A DNA stretch of 64,000 nucleotides from an uncultured delta proteobacterium (GCA_963796685.1 CAWCMR010000013.1:636605-700604); one strand, 5' to 3'. Shown: positions 1-12,048, counted from the stretch's first letter. Notes: generated by a model not told the origin, from the sequence alone. Made by a program: numbers and translations.

Positions 1-282
1 GAACACCTGGCCACGTGCATGCAGTGTCGCGTATCGCTCGAGCGTTTTCGTCGCACCGTGGGGCGCCTGGGCGCCCTCAAACGGACCGCCCCGGTCAGCT
101 TCCTCGAAAACGTGCAAGCCCAAATCAATCGCCGCTCCCGCGGCCGCTTCTTCGGCAAGCGCGCCCTGCTCTTCGGTCGTATTCCTTGGGAGTGGGTCTC
201 GCTGGCCATGATCGTCGCCATGCTGGTCTACTACATCGTGGTCCTGCAAACCTCGCCCACCGGCGTCGTGCCGGGAAAGTAG
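1..282 (+). CDS. zf-HC2 (ZAS) anti-sigma factor, 5'-truncated by the window edge
   Basis: Frame 1 reads EHLATCMQCR (HxxxCxxC), followed by a C-terminal hydrophobic segment WVSLAMIVAMLVYYIVVL. Confidence 0.7.
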   Translation, partial: EHLATCMQCRVSLERFRRTVGRLGALKRTAPVSFLENVQAQINRRSRGRFFGKRALLFGRIPWEWVSLAMIVAMLVYYIVVLQTSPTGVVPGK

Positions 283-345
283 GGGCGGGTTTCAAACCCG
301 CGCACCCGTAGGGGCGGGTTTGAAAACCGCCCCTACGGGTGCGCG
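279..345. repeat. GTAG-type REP doublet / hairpin between convergent genes
   Basis: Two GTAGGGGCGGGTTT starts (279, 308). Perfect 19-bp inverted repeat cgcgcacccgtaggggcgg (299-317) / ccgcccctacgggtgcgcg (327-345). Confidence 0.75.
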
Positions 346-353
346 CCTAACCT

Positions 354-1616
354 CTACGCCACATACGCCAACAGGACCTTGAGGTACTGACCCTCGCCGA
401 AGCCCGGCGGGAGAGGATGGTCGGGTCCGGGGCCGAGGCGCTCGATGATGCTCACCTCGCGGCTGGCCTGCCTGGCACCCGCGGCCAGGATGCGTTCGAA
501 CTCGACCATGCCCACGTTCTGCGAGCACGAGCAGGTGACGAGGATTGCGCCAGGCGCGCACGCCGTCAGGGCGAGCGAGCTCAAGCGCTCGTAGCCCTTG
601 ATGGCAGCCTCCAGGTCCTTTCGCGCGCGGGCGAACTTCGGTGGATCGACGACCACCACGTCATAGGAACGAGGCGTGGCAGTCTCGAGAAAGCGAAAGG
701 TATCCGACTCGACGGCGCGAATGTCGGCTCCGTTGCTCTTGGCGTGGGCCTCGATGCGCGCCACCGCCCGGGCCGAGCTGTCCACCGCCGTGACCTCCCC
801 TGCCCCGGCGCGCGCGGCCTGCAGGCCGAAACCGCCGGCATAGGCGTAGCAATCCAGCACGCGGGCGAGCTTCTTGGGCATGCCCTTCACGATCTGCCCG
901 ACCCGCACCCGGCTCGGCCGCTGGTCGAGGAAAAGGCCGGTCTTCTGCCCCTGCAAGGGCTCCGCTTCCAGTCGAATACCGTCTTCCAGGCACGGCACCT
1001 GCGCGCGCGACTCGCCCTGCACCACCCGCGTTTCGGCCAGAAAGCCCTCGACCTCGGCGAAGCTGCCCGCCGCAACCTCGTAGATCGTCTTCGGCGCAAG
1101 CATCTCTTGGATGGCCGCGACGATCTCCTCGCGCCACAGGGACAGGCCTAGCGTGCTCACCTGGAAGGCGGCGGCGTCGCCGAACACGTCGACGACCAGA
1201 CCAGGCAGGTGGTCGCCTTCGCTGTTCACCATGCGGTAGGCAGTGGTTTCAGCGCTCGGAAGCGCGAGGGCCGTACGCAAGGTCTGGGCGGCGCGAAGCC
1301 TGCGGACGAAGAAGGCGGCGTCGATGGGTTCATCGGCGCGCGTGAGCAATCGCACCGGGATCTGCGAGCGCGAGTTGTAGATGCCACGGCCGATGAAGCG
1401 GCCGTCGTGATCGAGCAGCGAGACGACACGACCGGGCTCGGCCAGGCCCTCGATACGGTCGACGGCGTTGGCGTACACCCAGGGATGGCCGAACCACAGC
1501 GGTCGGGCACGCCCACGCCGCAGCACGATCTTGGCCGCCGAGTCTCGCGCCACGCGGGCGCCTAGATCAGAATCGGACGTGGCGCTGCTCGTGGACGTTG
1601 CTCGTTGGCGGGACAT
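354..1616 (-). CDS. rlmI: Class I SAM-dependent 23S rRNA m5C methyltransferase, RlmI family
   Basis: PUA-like GHPWVY, NSEGDHLPGLVVD, GQKTGLFLDQR and VVVDPPKF motifs. Start taken at ATG 1616, not the extended ORF start. Confidence 0.85.
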   Translation of the reverse strand: MSRQRATSTSSATSDSDLGARVARDSAAKIVLRRGRARPLWFGHPWVYANAVDRIEGLAEPGRVVSLLDHDGRFIGRGIYNSRSQIPVRLLTRADEPIDAAFFVRRLRAAQTLRTALALPSAETTAYRMVNSEGDHLPGLVVDVFGDAAAFQVSTLGLSLWREEIVAAIQEMLAPKTIYEVAAGSFAEVEGFLAETRVVQGESRAQVPCLEDGIRLEAEPLQGQKTGLFLDQRPSRVRVGQIVKGMPKKLARVLDCYAYAGGFGLQAARAGAGEVTAVDSSARAVARIEAHAKSNGADIRAVESDTFRFLETATPRSYDVVVVDPPKFARARKDLEAAIKGYERLSSLALTACAPGAILVTCSCSQNVGMVEFERILAAGARQASREVSIIERLGPGPDHPLPPGFGEGQYLKVLLAYVA

Positions 1617-1694
1617 CGACGCATTATAGACCCCGTCCCCGATGTTGCTCACAAGTGGCTTTGCGACTTTTCTCCGTCGGATCGTGTGGTCGGC

Positions 1695-2632
1695 ATGAAC
1701 CACCTGCTCGACCGACGATTCCTCGTGCTCGCGGGCAAGGGCGGCGTGGGCCGCACCACCGTGGCCGCCGCGCTCGCCCGGGTCGCCACCCGGCTCGGCA
1801 AGCGGGTCCTGCTGGCGCAAACCAACGCACCCGAACGCCTTGGCCGCCTGCTGGGATGCAAGACCGTCATCGGCCCCGTGGTCACGCGCGTCGACGAGCT
1901 TCTTTCGGCGGTCAATATGACCCCCAAGCAGTCGCTGCACGAATACGGAGTCATGCTGCTCAAGTACGAGCCCCTGTATCGGGCGGTGTTCGAGAACAAA
2001 CCCATGCGCAGCTTTCTCGGCGCGTTTCCTGGACTCGACTATTGGACCATGCTTGGCAAGGCGTGGTGGCACACGACCGAGCGAGAGAACGGACGACCGA
2101 AGTACGACCTCGTCCTGCTCGACGGGCCGGCCTCGGGGCACGCCGCGGCAATGCTGCACATACCCGACGCGGTCAAGAGCGCCATGCCCAAGGGACCGTT
2201 GGCACGCGACGCTGTCCTGGCCCGCGAGCTGCTTTCCGACGACAGGCAAACATCGGTCCTCCTCGTGACCTTGCCGGAAGAGCTTCCGGCGCGGGAAACC
2301 TCCACGCTCGCACGCGACATCCGCGACCTGCACATGCCGCTCGGTCCTTTGGTGGTCAACGCCATGCCGCCCGCCGAAGCGACCGAATCCCGTTCTGGAC
2401 AAGGTGCTGTCCGAAAATACCGACAGCGCCCCGCCCTCGGGAGCTCGCGGGAATCCTGGCTGGCGTAAGCGTCCTTGCGGCTCGCCGACGAGACGCCGAC
2501 CGCGTCGTCGCCGGCCTGGCCAGCGACCCAGGTCTGCCCATGATCAGCCTGCCCCGCCTGCCAAGCAACGACCTCGGCCCCGAGGAGGTCGCCCACCTGG
2601 CCAACCTCTTGGCAGCGGCACTATCGGCTTGA
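1695..2632 (+). CDS. ArsA/GET3-related ATPase (apparent frameshifts near 2385-2435)
   Basis: GKGGVGRTT deviant Walker A, DLVLLDGPASGH, VTLPEELP and LVVNA motifs. The C-terminus continues in another frame to 2632. Confidence 0.8.
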
Positions 2633-2650
2633 GGAGTCTGCGCGGAACAA

Positions 2651-2772
2651 GAATTCACCACAGAGACGCAGAGAGCGCGGAGGTCAGAAAGGATAGGGTC
2701 TCTCGGATCCTGGCTCCGAACCCGTTCCTCCTCCGCAACCTCTGTGTTCTCTGTGCTCTCTGTGGTGAATTC
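2651..2772. repeat. Inverted-repeat element with ~9-nt periodic CACAGAG/CGCAGAG units
   Basis: Perfect 16-bp IR gaattcaccacagaga at 2651-2666 and 2757-2772, between convergent arsA-like and rpoD. Confidence 0.75.
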
Positions 2773-2787
2773 CGGCTCGCCACGCGG

Positions 2788-4664
2788 CTAGCTTTCCATG
2801 AAGCTCTTGAGGCGCTTGCTGCGTGACGGGTGACGCAGCTTGCGCAAGGCCTTGGCTTCGATCTGTCGTATACGCTCGCGCGTGACCTCGAAGTCTTGCC
2901 CCACCTCTTCCAGGGTGTGGTCCGACTTCTCGCCGATGCCGAAACGCATGCGCAGGACCTTTTCCTCGCGCGGGGTCAGGGTCGCCAGGACCTTGCGCGT
3001 CTGTTCGGCGAGGTTCATGGAGATCACCGCATCAGCGGGCGAGACGATGCTCTTGTCCTCGATGAAATCGCCGAGGTGCGAATCTTCCTCCTCGCCAATC
3101 GGAGTTTCGAGCGAGATGGGCTCCTTGGCGATCTTGAGGACCTTGCGGACCTTGTCGAGCGGCAGTTCCATCTTCTCGGCGATCTCTTCCGGCGTTGCCT
3201 CGCGTCCCAGCTCCTGTACCAGGTAGCGGCTGGTGCGGATGAGCTTGTTGATGGTCTCAATCATGTGAACCGGAATTCTGATCGTCCGCGCCTGATCGGC
3301 GATGGCCCGCGTGATGGCCTGACGGATCCACCAGGTCGCGTACGTCGAGAACTTGTAGCCACGACGGTACTCGAACTTGTCGACCGCCTTCATGAGACCG
3401 ATGTTGCCCTCCTGAATGAGGTCCAGGAACTGCAACCCGCGGTTGGTGTACTTCTTGGCGATGGAAACCACCAGACGCAGGTTTGCCTCGACGAGCTCGG
3501 CCTTGGCCTGCTCGGCCTGGCGTTCGCCGTCCTGAATCTCACGCACCGTATCGCGCAGACTGGACTCGTCCAGCCCTGCCTCCTCTTCGATCTTCTTCAC
3601 CTTCTTGCGCGCGTTGGCGATGCTCTCGGAGGTCTCTTCGAGAATCCTCCACGCGCAGTCCCAAGCGCTTGGTGACCGTTCTTTGCCGCAACGTCGACCC
3701 GCGCGCTTCCCGTAGGGTCTTCTTCAGCTCGCGCTCGCTCATGCCGACCCGGCCTTCGACCTCGCCAATCTCGCGCCGGGCGGATTCGATGCGCGAGACC
3801 AGGCCCTTGAGGCGGGCCACGATGCGATCGATTTGCTTCTTGTTCAGCCGCAGCTCCTGCAGGGTATCCAGCAGATCCTGCTTGAGACCGGCAATCTGCG
3901 TCTTCGCCTTGCGCTTGCTGCTCTCGGACTGGCCACGCTTGGCGGTCTTGTCGTCGAACTTCTCCAGATCCTTGTAGACCTTGCGGACCTTGTCGATGAT
4001 CTTGCACACGCGCTCGACGTGGAAAGCCTCGTCGAATTCCTCGTCGTCATCGTCGGCATCCTTGACGACCTCCTTCACGCGTACCTTCTGCTTGCGCAGC
4101 TTGTCGCCAAGATCGAGGATCTCTTCGATGGCCACCGGCGAATCGAGCACGACTTGCAGCACGCGCCGTTCGCCATCCTCGATGCGTTTCGCGATCTCGA
4201 CCTCGCCTTCGCGGGTGAGCAGCGAGACCGACCCCATCTTGCGCAAGTACATGCGCACCGGATCATTGGTCTTCGAGTAGCCGTCGTCTTCCTCTTCCTC
4301 CTCGGCTTCCGCCGGCCGAGGCGCCGGCTCGACTTCCGCCTCTTCCTCCGCCTCGGCGGGGGGCGTCTTGTCCTCGACCTTGACCTGCGTCGAGGCGTCG
4401 ACGATTTCGATGCCCTCGCCCCCCAAGGTCGACAACCAGTCGTCGAATCTGATCCGACGAGACGATGCTCTCCGGCATGTGATCGTTGACCTCGTCGTAG
4501 GTCAGAAAGCCCTTGGCCTTGCCCATCGTGATGAGCTCGCGCTTCTTGCGCTCACTCTCCTTGTTGGCCGAGCCCTTCTTGGCCGCGAGCTGCTTGCTCA
4601 CCTCTTCAAGCTCGTCATCATCCTGGTTGTCGTCGTTCAAACGGTCCTCGGCATCCTCGATCAT
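2788..4664 (-). CDS. rpoD: RNA polymerase primary sigma factor (split by two probable sequencing frameshifts near 4450 and 3640)
   Basis: Region 1.1 [49 protein letters not shown] and [13 protein letters not shown] are spread across three overlapping ORFs. Confidence 0.95.
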
Positions 4665-6511
4665 GTCGTCATGCCTTTGCTCTGGTTGGCTAACCCCAAC
4701 TTGGTCCTTATCAATTCCATCTCCCGTATGGAAATGGCCCGTGCCTCTTCCTCGTTCCCGCTCGCCAGCGCCTCGCGGTGCTGGCGTTGCGCCAGCGCCA
4801 GCTCTTCATCAACGCGCGAGCGTTCCAATTTGAGAATCAGGGCGCGCATGGCACGCATGGCGTCATCAACGGCCTCGACCGCGGTCCATCGCCCGTCCAT
4901 CAGGGCGGCGCTCACGTGGTCGCGGATGTCGGCCGGCCCGCTGTCGAGCCAAGCCGGCACATCCGCCCGGCCGCCAGCGCGAAGCGTTTCGAGCGCCGCG
5001 CCATAGATCTCGCGAATGCCCGGATCCCGCAGAAGGTCGTAGATCTGCTGCGCCTCCCCTAGGGTCGCAAGCTTCGGCTGCGCCACCAGGAGAGCCAAGG
5101 CATCCACTTCGTCCGCCTGGGGCACGCGGTTCCCCGGGCGGCCCTCTGCGGCGCCCGTCGTTGTCGCAGCCTCGGGCCTGGGCGAGTGCGAAGCGGCCTC
5201 GCGCACCATGCGCATGATCTGCGCCACGGGGACGGCCAGCTTGGCAGCCAGGTCACGGACATACAGGTCGCGCACGAGGGGGTTTCTGACCTTGGCCAGC
5301 ACGTCGGCCACACGCTTGGCCGTATTGGCCTTACCCGGAATGGTGGCATCGTCGGCCGCGCGCTGGATGAGGTGGTCGAGCATGGGCCGCGCTTGGGCCA
5401 CCAAGGTCCGGAAAGCATCGGCGCCGTGCGCGCGCACGAATTCGTCGGGGTCGACCCCGGCGGGCATCTCGGCCACGCGCCCGTCCGAATCGGCCTCGGC
5501 AAAGAACAAGCCGGCGTCCACGGCCAAGGGCACGGCCTTTTCGGCCGCGCGCGATCCGGCGCTGTCGCCATCGAAGACCACGACGATGCGTTTCGCCATT
5601 CTGGCCAGCAACTTGATCTGTTCGACCGTCAGGGCGGTGCCCATGGGCGCCACGGCCTCCTCGATCCCAGCCTCGTGCAAGGTCAACACGTCGAAGTTGC
5701 CCTCCACGAGGATGGCTGTTCCACCGCGGCGGATGGCGTCCACGGCCCTGTGCAGACCGTACAAATTCTCTTTTTTGTGGAAGAGTGGCGAATCCGGCGA
5801 GTTGACGTATTTGCGATCCTTGGCATCGGGATCGAGCAAGCGCGAGGAGTAGCCGATGGGGCGTTTCTGCCGGTCGAGCACGGGAAGCATGACACGATCC
5901 CGGAAGAAGTCGTAGCGACCACGCTCGTTGCTACCCACCAAGCCAAGACGCTCGGACAATTGGGCATCCACCTGACAAGAGGCAAGATACTTCTGCATGG
6001 CATCCCAACCGGGAGGTGCGTAGCCAAGGCGAAACCGCTCGACGGTGGTCTTCGAGATACCGCGTTTCTCCAGGTAGGCACGCGCGACCGCCCCGGCCGG
6101 AGCGGCAAGCTGCGCCTCGAAGAAACGTGTCGCCTCTTCCATGGCTCGCAGCATGCGCTCGCGCTCCGACTCGTTTTCCTCGGCGGCCTTGCGTTCGGCC
6201 GGGGTGAGCGTTTGCTCGGGTAGGTCCACCCCGGCCTGATGGGCCAGCTCGCGCAGCACTTCCATGAACGAGCGCTGCTCGATCTTGACGAGGAAGGAGA
6301 AGACATCCCCCTTTTCGCCGCACCCGAAACAATGAAAAAACTGGCGCTGCTCATGGACGTGAAACGACGGAGTTTTCTCCGCGTGAAATGGGCAAAGTCC
6401 TTTGAAGCTTCCGGTGCCAGCGCGCTTGAGTTCAACGTATCGCCTTACGACATCGACGATATTCGTACGATCGCGGACGTCGTCAATTTTCTCGCGTGGC
6501 AACAAAGGCAA
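4661..6511 (-). CDS. dnaG: DNA primase
   Basis: Zn finger CPFHAEKTPSF...CFGC, KYVNSP, TOPRIM EGNFDV and FDGDSAG. Directly upstream of rpoD. Confidence 0.95.
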   Translation of the reverse strand: MPLLPREKIDDVRDRTNIVDVVRRYVELKRAGTGSFKGLCPFHAEKTPSFHVHEQRQFFHCFGCGEKGDVFSFLVKIEQRSFMEVLRELAHQAGVDLPEQTLTPAERKAAEENESERERMLRAMEEATRFFEAQLAAPAGAVARAYLEKRGISKTTVERFRLGYAPPGWDAMQKYLASCQVDAQLSERLGLVGSNERGRYDFFRDRVMLPVLDRQKRPIGYSSRLLDPDAKDRKYVNSPDSPLFHKKENLYGLHRAVDAIRRGGTAILVEGNFDVLTLHEAGIEEAVAPMGTALTVEQIKLLARMAKRIVVVFDGDSAGSRAAEKAVPLAVDAGLFFAEADSDGRVAEMPAGVDPDEFVRAHGADAFRTLVAQARPMLDHLIQRAADDATIPGKANTAKRVADVLAKVRNPLVRDLYVRDLAAKLAVPVAQIMRMVREAASHSPRPEAATTTGAAEGRPGNRVPQADEVDALALLVAQPKLATLGEAQQIYDLLRDPGIREIYGAALETLRAGGRADVPAWLDSGPADIRDHVSAALMDGRWTAVEAVDDAMRAMRALILKLERSRVDEELALAQRQHREALASGNEEEARAISIREMELIRTKLGLANQSKGMTT

Positions 6512-6544
6512 ATGAAACCCGCGCCCAACTAGAATGGGTGGTTG

Positions 6545-6572
6545 TTAATAACCCACATGGAGGCCGAGTCAA
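6545..6572 (-). promoter_or_regulatory. Putative sigma70 promoter of dnaG-rpoD
   Basis: Minus strand reads TTGACT-N16-TATTAA, ~35 nt upstream of the dnaG start. Confidence 0.35.
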
Positions 6573-6713
6573 GAAGAACCTTCGTACTCGGGCTGGTTTC
6601 GGGCATGAAGCTCCTTCCTGGGCGATTACAGCCGCTTTGGCGCGCCAGGCGGAGCCGAAGCGCGGGAGGGCATGGCAACCCGCCTTCGGCCAAACCCGTG
6701 GATTTGAGGCTTC

Positions 6714-8738
6714 CTACTGCCCAGCGTCATCCTGCAGAGTAGGTTCGTCGACACGCTTGAGAATGATGAACTCGACACGTCGGTTCTTGCTCCAGCATTC
6801 CTCGTTGTGCTGCGTGCAGATGGGCTTGGTTTCGCCATAGCCTCGCGCCCTGAGGCGGCCAGGCTCGACGCCGCGATCTTCGAGGGCACGCATCACGGAG
6901 TGCGCACGCCGATCGGTCAGATCCAGGTTGTGCTCGTCATCACCGCGTTCGTCGGCGTGACCCTGGATTTCGATGAGCGCGATCTCGGGATGACCCTTGA
7001 TGGTCGCGGCGATGGCGTCGAGGAGCGGGAAGGACTGCGACATGATGGTGTCCTTGTCGGTCTCGAAGTAGATCTTGTCGAGGATCTCCAGCTTGCTGCG
7101 CGTGACGATGACCTGCCCCTTGTCGGGGCAACCATCCTCGTCCTCGAACCCGTTGTAGGTTTCGGGCTCGTTCGGGCACTTGTCGTTCACGTCCGGGATG
7201 CGGTCGTGGTCGTTGTCCGGATCGGGGCAGCCATCCTCGTCCTCGAACCCGTCCTTGTCCTCTGGATCGTTCGGGCACAGGTCGAGCTTGTCGGGGATGC
7301 CGTCCTGGTCGTTGTCGAGATCCGGACAGCCGTCCTCGTCCTGGAACCCGTCGAAGTCCTCCGGCTCGTCCGGGCACTTGTCGACATCGTCGGGGATGCC
7401 GTCGCCGTCGCGGTCGTTGACCTTGTGGAACGGACAGCCGTCGTTCTCACGCGGCCCTGGCTCATTCGGGCACTTGTCGAGCGTGTCGGGAATGCCGTCC
7501 TGGTCGTTGTCCGGGTCGGGACAACCGTCTTCGTCCTGGAACCCGTCGAAGTCCTCCGGCTCGTCGGGACACTTGTCCACGTCGTCCTTGTAGCCGTCGC
7601 CGTCGCGGTCGCCGGCGCCGGGCTCGAACACGATGCCGGCGAAGAATCGGCCACGCGTGGTGCCGTAGGTCGTGGGAATGACGCCGTAGCCTCCGCCGAA
7701 CTCGAAGAACGAGTTGGGCGCGAGGTAGGCCTTGAAGCCGAGAACAGCCTCTCCGCCGGGGCCCATGTTCGACTCGGTGCCGTCGGCGTTGATCTTCTTC
7801 GAGTCGAGCCCGGTGAAGGTATAGAGCTCGCCCACCATGTCGAACACGAAGGGCACGATGCCCCACGAGGCGCCGAAGCTGGCGAGCAGCTCGTTGCCGA
7901 CCTTGAGCCCCATGTTGGTGTTCTCGTTGCCAATCGAGGTGTTGTTGATGGGGATGCCGTTGGAATCGACCGTCCTGACCGGGCGGGGAAAGTTGGCGGC
8001 ATCGTCCCTGAACTCGGAAGTGCCGCTGCGAATGCGCGCGCCGACGTTGAGCGCGGTTCGGAACACGCCGTAGCGGCCCCAGTTCACCTCGACGATAGCC
8101 TGCGGCTCGAAGATGGTCTTTCCCTCGCCGAGGAACTTGGCCTTGTCGCCGGTCGGCAGAATCAGGCCGGGGATGATGGCGATGCCCACGGGCAACCGGC
8201 TGGGATTGAGAATGCGCACCTTGGGCAGGAGGGCCAGATCGCCGATGCCCTGGTAGTTGGTCTGAAAGTGGACGTCGTCGTTCGTACCGTTCAGCGTACG
8301 GTTGTTGTAGAGAACGCCGTTGGGCGCACCGGGGTCGTACGGGGTCGCCTCGCCGCTGGTGACGCCGATGGGAAGGGAGATACCGAACTGGAGACCGAGG
8401 TGGTCGGTAGACACGAGCCCGATGGCTCCCTGCAACGTCGTCGTGAGCAGGAAGTTCATGCGGTAGAGAGATTGTTGCGTGATCGTCCCGGTAGCGACGG
8501 TTCTTCCAGGATCCAGGTTGAGGGGGCGCCAGCCGCCTGTCGCCACCATGCCGAAGGACACATCGAGTGGCGCGAGGATCTGCGCACCGTTCACGGTGAT
8601 GTAGCCTTTGGTGTCGGCGGCGGGCCGGAAGACCTGGAGATCGATGGGTGCGCTCACGATTTGCGCTTGCGCCGGCGCGCCAGCCGCGGTCGTGAGAGCC
8701 AGCAGGGTCAGGCCAATCGCGGATTGTCGGGCATTCAT
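6714..8738 (-). CDS. OmpA-family outer membrane protein with beta-barrel, thrombospondin type 3 repeats and C-terminal OmpA domain (TraB-like architecture)
   Basis: Signal peptide, about six DxDxDGIPDxxDKCP repeats, and OmpA motifs IQGHADERG and GYGETKP...NRRVEF. Confidence 0.85.
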   Translation of the reverse strand: MNARQSAIGLTLLALTTAAGAPAQAQIVSAPIDLQVFRPAADTKGYITVNGAQILAPLDVSFGMVATGGWRPLNLDPGRTVATGTITQQSLYRMNFLLTTTLQGAIGLVSTDHLGLQFGISLPIGVTSGEATPYDPGAPNGVLYNNRTLNGTNDDVHFQTNYQGIGDLALLPKVRILNPSRLPVGIAIIPGLILPTGDKAKFLGEGKTIFEPQAIVEVNWGRYGVFRTALNVGARIRSGTSEFRDDAANFPRPVRTVDSNGIPINNTSIGNENTNMGLKVGNELLASFGASWGIVPFVFDMVGELYTFTGLDSKKINADGTESNMGPGGEAVLGFKAYLAPNSFFEFGGGYGVIPTTYGTTRGRFFAGIVFEPGAGDRDGDGYKDDVDKCPDEPEDFDGFQDEDGCPDPDNDQDGIPDTLDKCPNEPGPRENDGCPFHKVNDRDGDGIPDDVDKCPDEPEDFDGFQDEDGCPDLDNDQDGIPDKLDLCPNDPEDKDGFEDEDGCPDPDNDHDRIPDVNDKCPNEPETYNGFEDEDGCPDKGQVIVTRSKLEILDKIYFETDKDTIMSQSFPLLDAIAATIKGHPEIALIEIQGHADERGDDEHNLDLTDRRAHSVMRALEDRGVEPGRLRARGYGETKPICTQHNEECWSKNRRVEFIILKRVDEPTLQDDAGQ

Positions 8739-8871
8739 GGTTTGCTCCGTCGGGTAAGGGGCGGCAGAAGCCTGCGCTCGCGCCACGTATAGGGCGAGCG
8801 AGTGCCTTTATATCAGCGCGCAGATCGAGGGTAAAGCGTCCTCGCGCCCATCGTACGAGGCGGGCGCGGAA

Positions 8872-9150
8872 TTAGGACAGGATATCGGCCAGCTGCTTGG
8901 CGATTCCGGCCCGGATCGTGCCGGCGAAAGGCCGCATGAAAAGGCCGATTTCCATATCGACGTGTACCCGGTCGTCGGCGATGTCCAGGTACGCCTGCAA
9001 CCCCTTGCGCTTGACGACCAAGCGGCTTCCCCCATCCCAGTTGCACTCGGCGCTGTAGTCGCGCGCCAGCTTCTCCGTGACGCGATCGATGCGCGAACGG
9101 GCCTCGTCGCGGCTCAGACGATGGGCAATATCGACTTCCAGCTTGTTCAT
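8872..9150 (-). CDS. Polyhydroxyalkanoic acid system (PHA granule region) family protein
   Basis: ~92 aa; IAHRLSRDEARSRI...W.G...F.GTI pattern typical of this family. Confidence 0.65.
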   Translation of the reverse strand: MNKLEVDIAHRLSRDEARSRIDRVTEKLARDYSAECNWDGGSRLVVKRKGLQAYLDIADDRVHVDMEIGLFMRPFAGTIRAGIAKQLADILS

Positions 9151-9284
9151 CGTCAAGCAGTCTAGCACGGAGTTTCAGAAAGACAGGGGGCGGTGACTCC
9201 AGAAATCGGCGATCGCCTGGGGGTACCCTTGCTTGCCAGATCGTCGTTGTCGGCCTACGACTCCTCGGTCTATAAGGTTGTCCC

Positions 9285-9677
9285 ATGCCACTCGTTTTCG
9301 AAGAAGCGCACGCCGCCCCGGACAAGAAGAAGGTCAACGAAGAGTATTTCGTCCTGGCCAACCAGGGCGCCTCCGCGGTCAGCACCGCGGGGCTGCAAGT
9401 CATCGTCAGCCGGCCCGGCAAGCGTGGCTCGGTCATGGGCCAAATCGATCCGGGCTTCGTGCTCCAGCCAGGTGAAAAAATCCTCATCCTGAGCGGCATT
9501 CCCGGCAAACAAGCGCAGGGCGAGCCGCCGGTCCGCGAAGGGATGCGAACCTACTACCTGTTCCAGCGCGAGGGCCTGCTCAAGGGGCGGGGCACGACCA
9601 TTCGATTCGCCATCAACCAGGTCGACGTGGCGCGCGTCACCTACGACGGCAGCACACCGAACGGCATCGCGCCGTAG
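9285..9677 (+). CDS. Lamin-tail-domain-like protein
   Basis: [11 protein letters not shown]...[15 protein letters not shown] resembles the LTD consensus. Confidence 0.5.
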   Translation: MPLVFEEAHAAPDKKKVNEEYFVLANQGASAVSTAGLQVIVSRPGKRGSVMGQIDPGFVLQPGEKILILSGIPGKQAQGEPPVREGMRTYYLFQREGLLKGRGTTIRFAINQVDVARVTYDGSTPNGIAP

Positions 9678-9685
9678 GGAACAAA

Positions 9686-9790
9686 ACACAGAGGGAACAG
9701 AGGACGCAGAGAACGGATGAGGAAGAAGTAGTAGTTCCGGTCGATCCGAGAATATATCCCCCTCCGGCCTCCGTGTTCTCTGTGTCTGCT
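9686..9790. repeat. Degenerate 9-nt periodic CACAGAG inverted-repeat element
   Basis: Left arm cacagaggg aacagagga cgcagagaa; right arm ctccgtgttctctgtgtc. Lies between convergent genes. Confidence 0.55.
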
Positions 9791-9797
9791 TCTGGTC

Positions 9798-11356
<1,559 letters not shown>

Positions 11357-12016
11357 CTAGTCCTGGCCGGCCTGGCGCTTCACTTCCTCGACGAAATCGT
11401 CAGCGCGCTTGGCCAAGCCCTCCCCCACTTCGTAGCGAACGAACCGGCGAACCTTGATGTTCTCGCCAATCTTGCCGATGAGGTCGGTGAGCAAGCCCTT
11501 GATGTCCTTCTTGCCGTCGGGATCCTTGATCCAGGTCTGCTCCATCAGGCAAACCTCCTTGAACCACTTGGCCATCTGACCGTCGACGATCTTCTGCAGC
11601 ACCGGCTCGGGCTTCTTCTGCAGCCGTGCCTGTTCCAGGCGGATGGACTTCTCCTGTTCGATGACGGCGGCCGGGATCTCCTCCTGCGACAGGTACTGCG
11701 GGCTCATGGCCGCCACCTGCATGGACACCTCGCGCGCGAAGACCTGGAAATCCGGGTTGCGCGAGACGAAGTCGGTCTCGCAGTTCACCTCGACCATGAC
11801 GCCGATGCGCGAGCCGTGCATGTAGTTGGCGATGATGCCTTCCGAGGCGATGCGCGTGGCCTTCTTGGCGGCCTGGGCGATGCCCTTCTTGCGCAGGTAC
11901 TCGATGGCCTTCTCCATGTCGGCGTCACACTCGGTGAGCGCCTTCTTGCAGTCGGACATGCCGGCCTGCGTGCGTTCGCGCAGATCCTTGATCATTTGTG
12001 TCGTAACTTCGGCCAT
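11357..12016 (-). CDS. tsf: Elongation factor Ts (short form)
   Basis: IKDLRERTQAGMSDCKKAL and EVNCETDFV motifs. Confidence 0.95.
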   Translation of the reverse strand: MAEVTTQMIKDLRERTQAGMSDCKKALTECDADMEKAIEYLRKKGIAQAAKKATRIASEGIIANYMHGSRIGVMVEVNCETDFVSRNPDFQVFAREVSMQVAAMSPQYLSQEEIPAAVIEQEKSIRLEQARLQKKPEPVLQKIVDGQMAKWFKEVCLMEQTWIKDPDGKKDIKGLLTDLIGKIGENIKVRRFVRYEVGEGLAKRADDFVEEVKRQAGQD

Positions 12017-12048
12017 GGCTAACGTCTCCTGAAAATCCGTAGAAAGGG

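Noticed and set aside
1617-2402. Long N-terminal extension of rlmI (similarly for lepB, tsf and purL in the ORF track)
   Set aside because: These extensions overlap real neighbouring genes or repeats; the true starts are downstream.
2788-4664. rpoD as a pseudogene or programmed-frameshift gene
   Set aside because: It is an essential gene. Similar single-base indels hit frr, the arsA-like gene, gldG, the intron RT and the primase with no shared slippery motif, so long-read sequencing error is the likely cause. Read pile-ups would confirm this.
7130-7610. Tandem DNA repeats
   Set aside because: They encode TSP3 calcium-binding repeats of the OmpA protein.
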